Shown piece by piece: positions 9,212 through 19,731 of a DNA stretch of 64,000 nucleotides. The stretch is from Thecamonas trahens ATCC 50062 (taxonomy: Eukaryota > Protista > Apusomonadida). The stretch is taken from NCBI RefSeq assembly GCF_000142905.1, contig NW_013657669.1:310001-374000 (forward strand), written 5' to 3'. The position numbers and the translations under genes are program-made. How positions within the stretch are numbered: position 1 is the first letter of the stretch; every line of letters starts with the position of its first letter. The notes below the pieces were generated by a model. It made no database searches, was not told where the DNA came from, and worked only from the letters and a program-made list of their open reading frames with translations.

Positions 9212-11911
9212 ATGGCCTCCTCGTCCTCACCCTCCACGGACATCCTCGGGCCGCTACAACGCCACCTCAACGCGCTCGCCGGCGACAACAAGAGCGCGAC
9301 CAAGCGCGCGCTGGCGGCACTGTCCAAGGCTCTGCTCCCGCCGCCGGCGTCGGTCTCGTGGGATGAGTACGCTGTCGCCATTTGCACCACCGTCGCGCCA
9401 GCCGTTCTCCGTGTGACGGACGCGGGCTCAGAGCGCAACCGCGAGAACGCGCTGGATCTGGTCGCCGCTCTTGTCGCTCCTATCCCGCCGGCGCCCGCCG
9501 AGTCGGCAGCCGCAGCACCGGCCCTGGCCAGCGACTCGCCGCAGGCGGCGATGCTCGAGACACTAGCTGCGTTGGCGCTTCCGATTCTTGTCCGCCGCTA
9601 CGTCACCCCGCACAAGACGGCGCGCGACGCCGGACGCGCGTACGAGCCCGGAGAGCCGTCGGAAGAGATCCGGGCAACAGTCGGCAGCCTAGTGGTCTCC
9701 CTCGTTCCACGGCTCGCCACTGTCGGTAAGCTCGCCATGTTTGTCGACGATGTGCTGGACGTAGTCCTCGCACTTCTGGCTGACCCGTTCCATGATGTTC
9801 TCCTCCACGGCGCCAAGGCGGTTGTCGCCCTCTGCGCCCACGCGCGCTCGGCCCTCAAGATGCGCATCTCCCAGTCGGTGGTCAACGCCGCCCTCGGCCT
9901 CTTTGCTCATCGCCACTCCAAGGTTCGGGTGGCGGGCGTGGAAGCGCTCGAGGCACTGCTGCTCTGCAAGGACGCGTCGATCTCGACCGACCTGATGAAA
10001 GACCTCAGCCCGTCGCTGGCGACGCTTGTTCTCGACCGGGCGCCCAAAGTCCGATGTGCTGCGCTCCGCATGCTCGCGTCGTGGCTCTCGCTCCTCACCG
10101 ACCGCCACGTCTACACCCGCTACCTCATTCCGCACATGCTTGTTGGTCTCGTCGACGACCTCCCAGACGTCAACGGCCTCGCACGCGATCTCATCGAGTC
10201 CGTCGCGACGCACGCTGCAGCGCCCGAGGCTGAGGAGCTTGCCGAAATCACGGCGTACGGCGACGATCCGGTTGTTGACCCGCGCCTCACGCCCGAGGCC
10301 TTTGCCGGCGTCCGTCCCTCGCTTGCCGCCCGCCGCCTCGTCGGCCGCAAGATGCACGACATGCTCCCGCAGGTCCTCGCGGACATGGCCGACTGGACCG
10401 TCAAGAAGCGGTTTGTTGCCGTACGGCTCATCGGCATCCTCATGGTCTATGGCGAGCGGGGCATGGCCTCGTTTGTCCCGGATATTGTCTCGGCCTTTCT
10501 CGCTGTCGCCCTCGACGAGGACCCTGCCGTCCTGGCTGCGCTCCACGACTCGGCCGCGCTCCTCGGCGCGCTCGTCGATCCTGCGCCCGTCCTCAACCCG
10601 CTCCTTGACATTATCGTCGATGCGCCTGGCACTCGCTCGGCCATTGCCCGGGCCGCCGCTCTCACCGTCCTCGCCTCGGCACTCTCGGGCATGCCGCAGG
10701 AGTCGCTCGCCGCCGCACTTGCGCCCGATGGCTCTCCGCTCTCCGCGGCGCTCCTCGCCACTCTCGCCAATGGGCCAGGCTTTGACATCCAGTCGCCTGA
10801 ACTCCATGTCGGCCTCACCCGGGTGGCCACCGTCCTCATCGAGCACACGCTTGATGACGCCGCCATTGCCTCGTCCACCTTTCTCCTCCTCAAGCTCCTC
10901 CTTGCCCAACTCGCCTGGGCCGCCGAGCCCGAGCTCAAAGCGGCAACTCTTGCGGCTCTCGATGCGCTCGTTTCCCGGCTCGGTGCTCCCTCGCTCGACG
11001 TTCTCGTCTCGGCACATGCGCAAGGCCTCCTCGCCATACTCCTCGACTCTGTCTCGCAGTGGTCGCTCGTCTCACCGCGCTATGTGCTCTACACCCACAT
11101 TCTCGCCCGACTTGTCCCCGCCTCGCTCGAGCTCGCGCTAACGGCTGCCCCTGGTGGCGAAGACGAAGCCGCAGCACCCCCGCTGCGGCTGCTTGTGGAG
11201 TCTGCAGTGGCGACCGCGGATCCCGCAGTAGCGACTGGCATCATCGCGACGCTGGCGGCCGCGCTCGACGCCGCAGCAAGCTCGGATGTCGCGCCGACGG
11301 CTGCCGCCGCCCCGGCCTGGCTCGACTTTCTTGTCAACCTCGTTGCGCCGCTGCTTGTGTGGCGGGCCGGCCTTCCGGCTGCCGAGCTGCGCGCCGCAGC
11401 GCTGGCTGTTGTCGACGCCGTTCTCCGCTGGCGGGCGCTCGGAGTCACCGACGCCATCGCGCTTCTCGCCGCCCTCGGTGCACCGTTCCCCAACCTCGTT
11501 GACGACCGTTTGTCTTCCACGCGCAAGACTGCTGTCGCCGTTGCGTCTCTGCTCTTTGAACTCCTCGCTCCGGTCGACGCCGCCGTTGTCGATGACGTCC
11601 GTGCGCTAGCCGACGCGGTCGTGACACGGCTCAACGACGCCGACGACAGTATCCGTGCTTCGACTGCGCCTGCGCTGGTGGCTCTCGCCGCCTCGGGTGC
11701 TGACCTTGGCACCGAGTACTGGACGACTTTGGCGCGCTCGCTCTTTATCCACCTTGATGACCCGTCGCTCACCATCCGCGACGCCATGGTTGCGCCGTTG
11801 ACGGCCGTCGCTGGTCTGCTCCCGCCAGAGACATGGCGCGAGGTCATTGCCGCCGCGCAAGCGTCGGCGACCAAGGCGGCCACCCAGCTCGCGATCCTCG
11901 ATGCGCTTTGA
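9212..11911 (+). CDS. DNAAF5: HEAT-repeat dynein axonemal assembly factor 5 (HEATR2)
   Basis: All-HEAT 899-aa protein. EPSEEIR, LADPFHDV, RHSKVRVAGVEAL, RPSLAARRLV...LADMADWTVKKR and LFIHLDDP match remembered HEATR2 blocks. Confidence 0.8.
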   Translation: MASSSSPSTDILGPLQRHLNALAGDNKSATKRALAALSKALLPPPASVSWDEYAVAICTTVAPAVLRVTDAGSERNRENALDLVAALVAPIPPAPAESAAAAPALASDSPQAAMLETLAALALPILVRRYVTPHKTARDAGRAYEPGEPSEEIRATVGSLVVSLVPRLATVGKLAMFVDDVLDVVLALLADPFHDVLLHGAKAVVALCAHARSALKMRISQSVVNAALGLFAHRHSKVRVAGVEALEALLLCKDASISTDLMKDLSPSLATLVLDRAPKVRCAALRMLASWLSLLTDRHVYTRYLIPHMLVGLVDDLPDVNGLARDLIESVATHAAAPEAEELAEITAYGDDPVVDPRLTPEAFAGVRPSLAARRLVGRKMHDMLPQVLADMADWTVKKRFVAVRLIGILMVYGERGMASFVPDIVSAFLAVALDEDPAVLAALHDSAALLGALVDPAPVLNPLLDIIVDAPGTRSAIARAAALTVLASALSGMPQESLAAALAPDGSPLSAALLATLANGPGFDIQSPELHVGLTRVATVLIEHTLDDAAIASSTFLLLKLLLAQLAWAAEPELKAATLAALDALVSRLGAPSLDVLVSAHAQGLLAILLDSVSQWSLVSPRYVLYTHILARLVPASLELALTAAPGGEDEAAAPPLRLLVESAVATADPAVATGIIATLAAALDAAASSDVAPTAAAAPAWLDFLVNLVAPLLVWRAGLPAAELRAAALAVVDAVLRWRALGVTDAIALLAALGAPFPNLVDDRLSSTRKTAVAVASLLFELLAPVDAAVVDDVRALADAVVTRLNDADDSIRASTAPALVALAASGADLGTEYWTTLARSLFIHLDDPSLTIRDAMVAPLTAVAGLLPPETWREVIAAAQASATKAATQLAILDAL

Positions 11912-12012
11912 GAGTAAACGCGTAGAGACAATGATTTTACAGGCCGTCCTCGAGCGTCGCATCGGTCGCCCCCGCTTGTGACTCGTGAGCGTCAGCTGGT
12001 GCAGGCGAAGCC

Positions 12013-15000
12013 TCACAGGTCCCACTCGAGCGTCGCATCGGCATCGAGGAGTGTGTGAAAGTAGCTTGCGACGTCATCGGGCTCGACAACCACCCGCCAG
12101 GCCGCACCAGGCGTCGGATGCGGCACGCCTGAGCTCCATGCCGAGATGGCGTCGACGCCCTCGATGCAGAGCGCCCATGGCGAGCCGGCCTGCACTTTGG
12201 CCAATGAAACGAGCATCATGTCGGTATCAGTCAGCGCCCGGAGCGCAGCCACAAGCTCGGCGACCGAATGCGGGCCGTCATCGATGACCAATGCCAGCAC
12301 GTCGGCGACCGGGCCGGGCACAACAGAGCTCGCACCCATGGCATCGTCCGGTGCACGACTCGCGTCGCCAAACGCCACTGCCGCGGACCACTCGCGGACA
12401 AGCGCTGTGACAGCAATACTCCCAGACCGGCCCATCGGACCGAGACGGAGCCAAACTCCGTCGTCGCCAACTGTGCACTGCTCGACGCAGACTTCGGCGT
12501 CTAGATCAAGGATCTGCCCTAGAACCTTGGCGAGGACTGACGCCGAGAGCTGGCCGAGCGTGTTGACGGCCGAGACTATCAACCACGATGGCGGACACGA
12601 TGTGCTGCTGCAGCCCGGCGGTGCGGCGTGCGCCGCAACGAGCGGTGGTGCCGCGGCGCTCAGCAGTGACGCCAAGTCGAGCCCAAGCTCGTTATCCCAA
12701 AACAGGCTGCATATGATCTTGAAAGCAGCAGCCGGCGTCGGCGACAGTAGCGGGCGGACATCCCCGGTCTCCCCTTCGGCAGTGAGCAGGGCGTCGACAA
12801 GTTCAAAGCCGTTGATGACCGAGACAACGGCGGCGGCAGCCGGTCCGGCCTGTAGCGCCTCGACTGACGGCGCCCACGCCGGGTCGCCAACCTCGAACGG
12901 CGTCAGCGCCTTGGCTTGATATGCAGTGAGACGTGCCACAGTCTTGAAGCCGTGGACGGTGGCCAGCGGGAGCCGGGCGGTAAGCCTTCCGAGTAGTGCC
13001 AGGGCGTGGGATCGCGCCGACTGAGCTTGCCACGCGGCCGGCGGAAAGACAAGCGTCAGCGTCTGCGGCGCATGCGGTGCCGGGCGCGGCACTACGTGGC
13101 TGAGGTGAGAGGTGAGTCGCCGCTCGACGTGCGCCCGTGACGGCGCGCGGCCAGGGCTGGGCACCGCGTCGCCGGCGAGCGCAACAATAGCCATGGTCCC
13201 TCGGCCAGACTTGTTCCGCGCGCCCAGCTCGGCGTCGAGAGCGTCCACTACTCCCGCCAGTGCCCGCGATGCATCGGGCCGTTCAAGCACGACGCGCATG
13301 GAAGCGGCGCCAGCGGCGCCCGGCAGCGACTCGATCCCAAGCACGTCAAAGCCGCGACGCGCGAGGGTGTCGAGCACCGCCAGCGTGCGGAACGAGGAGC
13401 AGCTGACAATGTCGAGCGCAACGCGCGCACGCGTGCCCCAGAGCAGAGCCGGGAGCCGCGGTGCGAGGACCTGTTGCTTGACAGCAGCCGAGCGGGCGTT
13501 CGGCAGAGCACCGCCGAACCAGGCTTCGACGGCGTCAGCGCCGCCAAGCACTTGGCCGGCGTCCAGGGTGCCGGTGTAGCCGTCGACAGCTGTGCGTGAG
13601 CCGCCGATTGCCGCCACAATGCTCAGCACCGCCGGTCCCGACTGCGACTCCTCCAGCATCGCCGACCGGAGGCCGACGAGATCGAGACCAAACGACTCGG
13701 CTCGTGCGAGCAGGCTCGTTACGCTCGTCGGTGTCGACGGGATTGCCACGGCAGCGGCGGCAGCATGTGGAAAGCCACGCCCGCTGCCGTTGGCTCTTGC
13801 AGGCCAGGCATGGCCGGTAAACGAGAGTGGCCGCCGGAGTAGATGCGCGAGGCAGAGCGTGTGGGCGCGGGCCGAGACTGCTGACGGGACCGAGATGGCG
13901 TTAGCAGCCTGGACTGCTGCCAACGTGGTTTGCAGTCGAGGAATGGCCTTGGACCGTGCTGTGCTGCTGCCTGGCGCCAAGTCGGCGAGCAGAATGAGAA
14001 GCTCGGGCGTGGCCGACGGCGCAAGATGCGGGGTCATTGCCGCGCGCGAGGTGAGCACCATGCCAGCCAAAACAAGGTCACACTCGACGAGCGCCGTTTC
14101 GAGCACAGCGCCGAGAACCGGCCCGAGTTGGGCACGCGGCACAAGCGCCATGTCGATCCGAACCACCGCCGATGGGCTACGGAGGCTAGCCACCAGCGGC
14201 GGCTGGTCGGCAGCCGCGAGAACAATCATGGGGTCGCGCGCAATGGAAGGGAGGCTGTCAATGACGCTGGGGAGGTCCGGCACGCCCTCACGTGAGGCGA
14301 GGAGTGCAATAGCCGTGGTGCGGACACCGGCGGCGCGGGTACGGGCCGCCTCGGCCTCACGGGCTTCCGACGCTGCGAAAACACCCACGTCGACACCAGA
14401 GTCAGCAGATGGTACGGATGCTGTGAGCGGCGACGGCTTGGCGTGGTCGAGGGCGGTGGCGGAGTGAGCAGCCACCCGGGCGTCGTACTCACGATCGAGC
14501 GCGTCGTCGTCGCTGCCGTCCTCATCGCGTATGGCGGCCACGTCGCTGCCTGTGGATACCCTTGTAGCTTCTGGTGGCGCGGCGGTCGCTGGCTTGGCTT
14601 TGCGGAACTTGAGCGATATGCGAACGGGCTTGGCCTCGGCAGCGGCGGTGGCAGCGGCGGCCTTGCGACGCATCTCGCGGCGGCGCAGGAGCCACTCGTC
14701 GCGAGAGAGAGGGGTATCGTCGCCACCAGAGCACGATTCTGAGTCGGACTCTGAATCAGAGTCCGAGGTGATGTGCGCGAGTGCGGGTGGTCCGGCGCGG
14801 CGTGCGACGGAGTCGCGGCTTGTCGACTTGGCCGCGGCTGACTGGCGGAGGTCGAGGAAGACAGTGGGCGGCTCGGCTGCCTTGCGTGCCGATGGTAGCG
14901 ACGAGGCGGTGAGCGAGCGTGTGCCATTGTGGCGGACGGTGACTGCACGCATGTTGGACTTGGGTGCTCGGCTGAAGGAGACTCGCGAAGCAACGCTGGT

Positions 15001-15594
15001 GACAGAGCCCGCGGTTGGTGACCTTGCCGCAGCACCGGTGCGGTCCGGACCGCGCGACGAGTACGTGCTCGTGGCAGGCCGCGACCGCGAGAGCGTGCGA
15101 ACCGTTGGCGAGTTAGGTCCGACACCGGTCGAGACCTTGGCGGGTGGTTGGGACGTGGCAGAGTCGGCAAGCGTAGCGGAAGCACTGTTGCCCCCGACGT
15201 CGCTGTCGCCGTCGCCGTCGTCGCTGCTTGAGCCGTTGCTGCTCGAGGAGTCAAAGGTAAGAAACGAGGAAAAGGCTGGCTCGGGGCGTGGCAGCGCGTC
15301 GTCGGGTGGGCCGTCGGCCTCGAGCTGCTCCAACAGCTGGTCAAGATCGATACCGCCGAGGAAAGAGTCGAGCGGGCGGAGGCGTACGCCGCCAACCTTA
15401 GGCGGGAGCGGCGCATGGGAGGGGCCTCCAGCTGAGGCCTGGGCGTCGCTACGGCCAGAGGCTATCGACGCAGGCGCAGGCGCGGGCGCGGGCGGCGAAT
15501 CGTCAAACGGCTTCTGTAGCAGGTGGGCCAGCGGGGAGAGGCTGTCGGCGGCGGGGCGGCGCGGCGCGGTCGAGGCGGCCGCGAGAGGTCTCAA
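12013..15594 (-). CDS. Large protein with low-complexity N-half and degenerate NDP-kinase-like C-terminal modules; possibly DNAAF8/C16orf71-like; start lies in or near the gap
   Basis: Long ORF with strong codon bias. The motif GFKTVARLTAYQAKALTPFEVGDPAWAPSVEALQAGP and repeated 'GF/LDLVGLR/GFDVLGIE' segments resemble NDK-like folds. The ORF-track N-terminus (poly-W, X) is an artefact of a microsatellite and the gap. Confidence 0.5.
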   Translation of the reverse strand: MRPLAAASTAPRRPAADSLSPLAHLLQKPFDDSPPAPAPAPASIASGRSDAQASAGGPSHAPLPPKVGGVRLRPLDSFLGGIDLDQLLEQLEADGPPDDALPRPEPAFSSFLTFDSSSSNGSSSDDGDGDSDVGGNSASATLADSATSQPPAKVSTGVGPNSPTVRTLSRSRPATSTYSSRGPDRTGAAARSPTAGSVTSVASRVSFSRAPKSNMRAVTVRHNGTRSLTASSLPSARKAAEPPTVFLDLRQSAAAKSTSRDSVARRAGPPALAHITSDSDSESDSESCSGGDDTPLSRDEWLLRRREMRRKAAAATAAAEAKPVRISLKFRKAKPATAAPPEATRVSTGSDVAAIRDEDGSDDDALDREYDARVAAHSATALDHAKPSPLTASVPSADSGVDVGVFAASEAREAEAARTRAAGVRTTAIALLASREGVPDLPSVIDSLPSIARDPMIVLAAADQPPLVASLRSPSAVVRIDMALVPRAQLGPVLGAVLETALVECDLVLAGMVLTSRAAMTPHLAPSATPELLILLADLAPGSSTARSKAIPRLQTTLAAVQAANAISVPSAVSARAHTLCLAHLLRRPLSFTGHAWPARANGSGRGFPHAAAAAVAIPSTPTSVTSLLARAESFGLDLVGLRSAMLEESQSGPAVLSIVAAIGGSRTAVDGYTGTLDAGQVLGGADAVEAWFGGALPNARSAAVKQQVLAPRLPALLWGTRARVALDIVSCSSFRTLAVLDTLARRGFDVLGIESLPGAAGAASMRVVLERPDASRALAGVVDALDAELGARNKSGRGTMAIVALAGDAVPSPGRAPSRAHVERRLTSHLSHVVPRPAPHAPQTLTLVFPPAAWQAQSARSHALALLGRLTARLPLATVHGFKTVARLTAYQAKALTPFEVGDPAWAPSVEALQAGPAAAAVVSVINGFELVDALLTAEGETGDVRPLLSPTPAAAFKIICSLFWDNELGLDLASLLSAAAPPLVAAHAAPPGCSSTSCPPSWLIVSAVNTLGQLSASVLAKVLGQILDLDAEVCVEQCTVGDDGVWLRLGPMGRSGSIAVTALVREWSAAVAFGDASRAPDDAMGASSVVPGPVADVLALVIDDGPHSVAELVAALRALTDTDMMLVSLAKVQAGSPWALCIEGVDAISAWSSGVPHPTPGAAWRVVVEPDDVASYFHTLLDADATLEWDL

Positions 15595-15842
15595 NNNNNN
15601 NNNNNNNNNNNNNNNNNNNNNNNNNNNNNNNNNNNNNNNNNNNNNNNNNNNNNNNNNNNNNNNNNNNNNNNNNNNNNNNNNNNNNNNNNNNNNNNNNNNN
15701 NNNNNNNNNNNNNNNNNNNNNNNNNNNNNNNNNNNNNNNNNNNNNNNNNNNNNNNNNNNNNNNNNNNNNNNNNNNNNNNNNNNNNNNNNNNNNNNNNNNN
15801 NNNNNNNNNNNNNNNNNNNNNNNNNNNNNNNNNNNNNNNNNN
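15595..15842. other. Assembly gap (N run)
   Basis: N run. Confidence 1.
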
Positions 15843-15979
15843 GGGCGGGGGCGAATAGGCGGCGGGCGAATGGGCGGCGGGCGGAAGCGAATGGGCGGCG
15901 GGCGGGCCACGGACCGCCTGGCCGACCGACCGCCTGCAACCACAGCGGGACGACAGCGACAAGGACCTCTCGACCCAAA

Positions 15980-16033
15980 CACCACCACCACCACCACCAC
16001 CACCACCACCACCACCACCACCACCACCACCAC
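15980..16033 (+). repeat. (CAC)n trinucleotide microsatellite upstream of the LRR gene
   Basis: About 17-18 CAC units read directly. Confidence 0.95.
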
Positions 16034-16054
16034 CCCTCTTCACCACAACCACTC

Positions 16055-17172
16055 ATGTCATCCCTGCCCCCGCCCGGTGTCGTCGCTTACGCCGCGGCCG
16101 ACGACGACTGCCCGCCGCCGGTGCGGACAGCCAATGCCCGACTGGAGGACGCCGTGGCGGCGCTCCGCGAGACGCCGTCCATCACCAGGCTCATCCTGCG
16201 TGGAAATGCGCTCGGCCCGGCAGGCGGTGGCGCGCTGGCCGAGGCGCTGCGCGGAAACACGGCGCTCACCGAGCTCAATCTCGGCAACTGCGAGCTCGGT
16301 GCCTGGGGCTGCGCCGCGCTGGCGTCGGCCGTCGCTGCTGCGCCGCGGCTTAAGCTGCTAGACCTGCGGTCAAACGGGGCAGGAACTGACGACTCGGTTC
16401 CGCAGGGCGCCGACGAGCCGCCGGCAAGCCAGCTCGATCCCGAAGCATGGATCGCGCCCTTTACCGCCGACTCGCCTGCGCTGCACTCTCTGGATCTGCG
16501 GTCAAACGCGCTCGGAACCCGCGCAGGCGTCGCCCTTGCTTCGGGCCTGTGCCTTGCCTCCACTGCCGGAGCAAGCGCGCTGACCTCGCTCAATCTGCGA
16601 AACAACAACATGGGTCAGGCTGTCGGTGCCGCTCTCGCCGACGCGCTCGCCGTCAACACCACCCTCACCGAGCTGATTGTAGCCAACAACGCGATCGGCG
16701 GCGAGGGCGCCGCGGCGCTCGCCCGCGTGCTAGGTGACCCAGCCTCTCTGGTCCCACTTCGCCACCTCAATTTGGCGTACAACAACATCGGCGCCATCGG
16801 CGCCATCGCCTTTGCCAACCTTCTCGCCCTCCGCCTCACTGGGTCGGGAGCTCAGAGCGATGCCGCCAATGCCGACGACGACGCCGACGCCGACGCCGCC
16901 GCCGACGCGCCCGACACCCCGCCGGTCTTCTCGCTCACTTCGCTCAACCTCGTCGGCAACGGCATTCCGTTTATCAACGTCAACCGCACGTCCATTCCGC
17001 CGCTGCACTCGGACTGCCGGCCCAGCTCGGTGGCGGCGCCGAGCTCGTCAACGCCGGTCATTCCTGCTGTTGCTTTGTCGCCACCGCCGACGCCGTGGAC
17101 GGCCTCGCCGTTGATGTCTTTCCGTCGACCACGTGCAGCTCGCTGCTGCAGCATGCTGCGGTGCAGCAGTGA
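16055..17172 (+). CDS. RNI-like leucine-rich repeat protein (NLRC3/RanGAP-type LRRs); probable -1 frameshift near 17020
   Basis: Repeats LILRGNALG, LNLGNCELG, LDLRSN, LNLRNNNMG, LNLAYNNIG. The in-frame ORF ends at 17206, overlapping the next gene. The -1 frame (AQLGGGAELVNAG...AAVQQ*) has typical codon usage and stops at 17172. Confidence 0.8.
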
Positions 17173-17183
17173 GTCACGTCCAT

Positions 17184-18555
17184 TTACTGGCTCTTGCCCG
17201 ACTTGAGCGCGTTCGCAATCTCGGCGACGTCAAAGACGGTGGCGACGACCGATCCGACGGCGCCGAGGACAAAGATGCTGCCGTTGAGGATCTTGTCCCA
17301 CGTAGTCAGCTCGGCCCAGAAGAGCTTGAGGTAGAAGAGGGTGGGCAGGATAAAGACCACGGCCGAGACCGAAAATGCACCCATGAGCGAGGAGAAGAGG
17401 CCAAAGAGAGGGATGGCGATGGCAACGCCAGAGATGATGATGACCTCGACCGCGCGGAGCGCATTCTGCTCCAGCCAATACGTCGGGCGCAGCTTGCGCG
17501 ACGAGAGCAGCGCCTCCTCCATCACACATGTGACTGGGAAGAGCTGGATGGGGAAAGTGCAGGTGAGAACGACACAGAGTGCAATCTTGACCACCGTGAC
17601 CAGGACCGAGTGCGGGAGGTTGAGCGTGATGACTGCCTTGGTCGCAGAGCCAAAAAACAAGTAGCCAAAGAGGCCAAAGGCAGTGTAGATGACAAGCACA
17701 GTACTCACCGCCGCATTGATGGTCGCACCGGAAACCTCGGGCCGTCGCGCAGAGGCGTCGAACGGGAGCACCAGGTTGTGGACGCAAAAGCCAAAGGCGG
17801 CGATGCCCCAGAACAGCGGCAAGCTCGTGACATCGGCCGCCTTGTAGCTCGAGAGCTCGCGGATGCCTTCATGCCGAAAGCCCGACTCGAAAACAACAGC
17901 CACCACCACCATGACGCACACCACAGCCAGAGTCGACGTCGGCGCAAGGACTCGCAGAGAGCGCAGCCAAGAGAGGGCGATGAAGACCGGCGTGACCATG
18001 CCAACCCACTCGTGGGTTGCAAATCGCGGAATGAGCGAGTGCAGGTTGTCTGCCACAAAGATGGTGTAGGCGCAGCAAAAGCCGGCCTGCGTCAGAAACG
18101 CCGCCAGCGACGCCACCCGCGCCCCAGCCTTGCCATACGCCAGCTGTCCAATCTCTGACAGATACAGCACGTTGTGCTTGGGCGCCAGCTTCCGCCGCGT
18201 TCGCACCAGCAAGTGCAGCGTGTGCCCCGACATCGCTGCAAACAGAATGAGGCAGCCGAGTCCCAGCCAGAGCCCAACGTGCGCCACCCCAAACGGCAGC
18301 GCAAGCAGGCCACCACCCACAAACGCCGTCGTCAGCGTCATGTACCCCGGCAGGACACCTTGTCTGTCATAGCCAGAGCAAGGATGCAGATGCAATGCAG
18401 CCAGTCCCCAACCAACAGCCAGCCATTCGAGCCACACAGCAGGCCATCGAATCGCACCCATACCGCACACCATCATCGCTTTGTCGTGAGCCACGCCAAT
18501 GACCGCCGGCCACCAACGTTTGCCTGCCACCCGAGACTTTGCCTCCGCCACCCCC

Positions 18556-18591
<36 letters not shown>

Positions 18592-18844
18592 AACACAAAA
18601 GGAACCCGCGCACGTACTTGGGAGTCTCTTCTTCCTTGGCTTCGGCAGCATGGATCCGCCCGCCGCCCGGAGTCGCCAGCAGCGGCGAGTGCTCGGTGGG
18701 CGAGGGGGTGGGCGAGGCCTGGCCGGGAACAACGTTGATGGACGAAGTGGCCGCCACCGTGGCCACTTGCGGGACGCCCATCTCGGCGTCCACCGCGTTG
18801 GGTCCCATCGCTCCGCTCCGTCCAGTGTGGTACGACCCGAACAT
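17184..18844 (-). CDS. Amino acid transporter, AAAP/SLC36-like (Aa_trans); 2 exons: 18618-18844 and 17184-18363
   Basis: Motifs FVGGGLLALPFG, TQAGFCCAYTIFVADNL and TFPIQLFP, with about 11 TM segments. The intron 18364-18617 (GTACGT...CAG) restores the frame. An N-terminal EHSPLL dileucine motif suggests lysosome/vacuole targeting. Confidence 0.88.
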
Positions 18845-19731
18845 GTTCCGCTCGTTTCCTCTACGCGCACCGTCGAGTGTGCCACCCTCACCTACTTTCC
18901 GCCGATGCTGTGTCTCTGTTGCCGCCCTCGCCGCCCCTTTCGCCCGCTCCACCCATCACTCTCGCTCCCTCAACCGGCCCACCGCTCGGACTGCCTCTAC
19001 TTTCCGCTGCTGTCGCTCAACAAGTCGCCTACATGGTGGTAGACACTATCCCCTTCCGGATCCTCTCATTTCCGCTTCTCTAGTGCATGTCGATCCCGTT
19101 TTCTGCGCCGTCTGCGTCCCACCCTCCCGACGCCTCGCAGCCACTCTCCTCCTCATTTCCCCTGGCTACGTCACATGATGTGAGATGAGGTCATCACCGC
19201 CATTTGCATTGTCCCTACCTCGCACATGCGCCTCGCGGTCAGGCCTCGCCCTCTATCGCCATACATGCCTGCGTTCTCGGTCGTCCCACTCTCCTTCCGG
19301 TGGTCTGCCCCTTCTCCATCGCTCCTTCTCTTGCCCGGCGGTGACTCCCTCGCTGTTCTGAGTTGACCCAAACTCGGCGCAAATGCGACGGCGAATTGCA
19401 GCACAATTTTTTCTGTGATCCGCGGCCGACCGGGACACAGCACCAATCCGACAGACAAGTTGCGGAGCCTTTCCACCGCTCCAGACCACCTTCGGCGCAA
19501 GATTACTCCCATGCACTCCCGTCTGCTATGGGATGGAAGTCTTCATGGAGCCACACTCCTTGGCTGTCCGTCCAAGGTCGACCTTGTTCCTCTTCGCCTC
19601 CGCCCGGCAAGCGGCTGGCACCGGCGCAAGCGACCGCCAGGTTCCACCAAGAGGAACACTCGGCGAGGTCGCCCTCTCCCGGCCACACTTGACACTAGTC
19701 GCCCAGACATCGGCCAGTCAGTCGTTCACAC

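Noticed and set aside
14531-16054. N-terminal half of the 891-aa + strand ORF, including poly-His
   Set aside because: It is antisense to the 12013-15594 gene and reads through the N gap and a (CAC)n microsatellite. The real gene starts at ATG 16055.
18950-19730. Possible extra gene or mobile element in the intergenic region
   Set aside because: Only short ORFs, with no codon bias or recognisable motifs.
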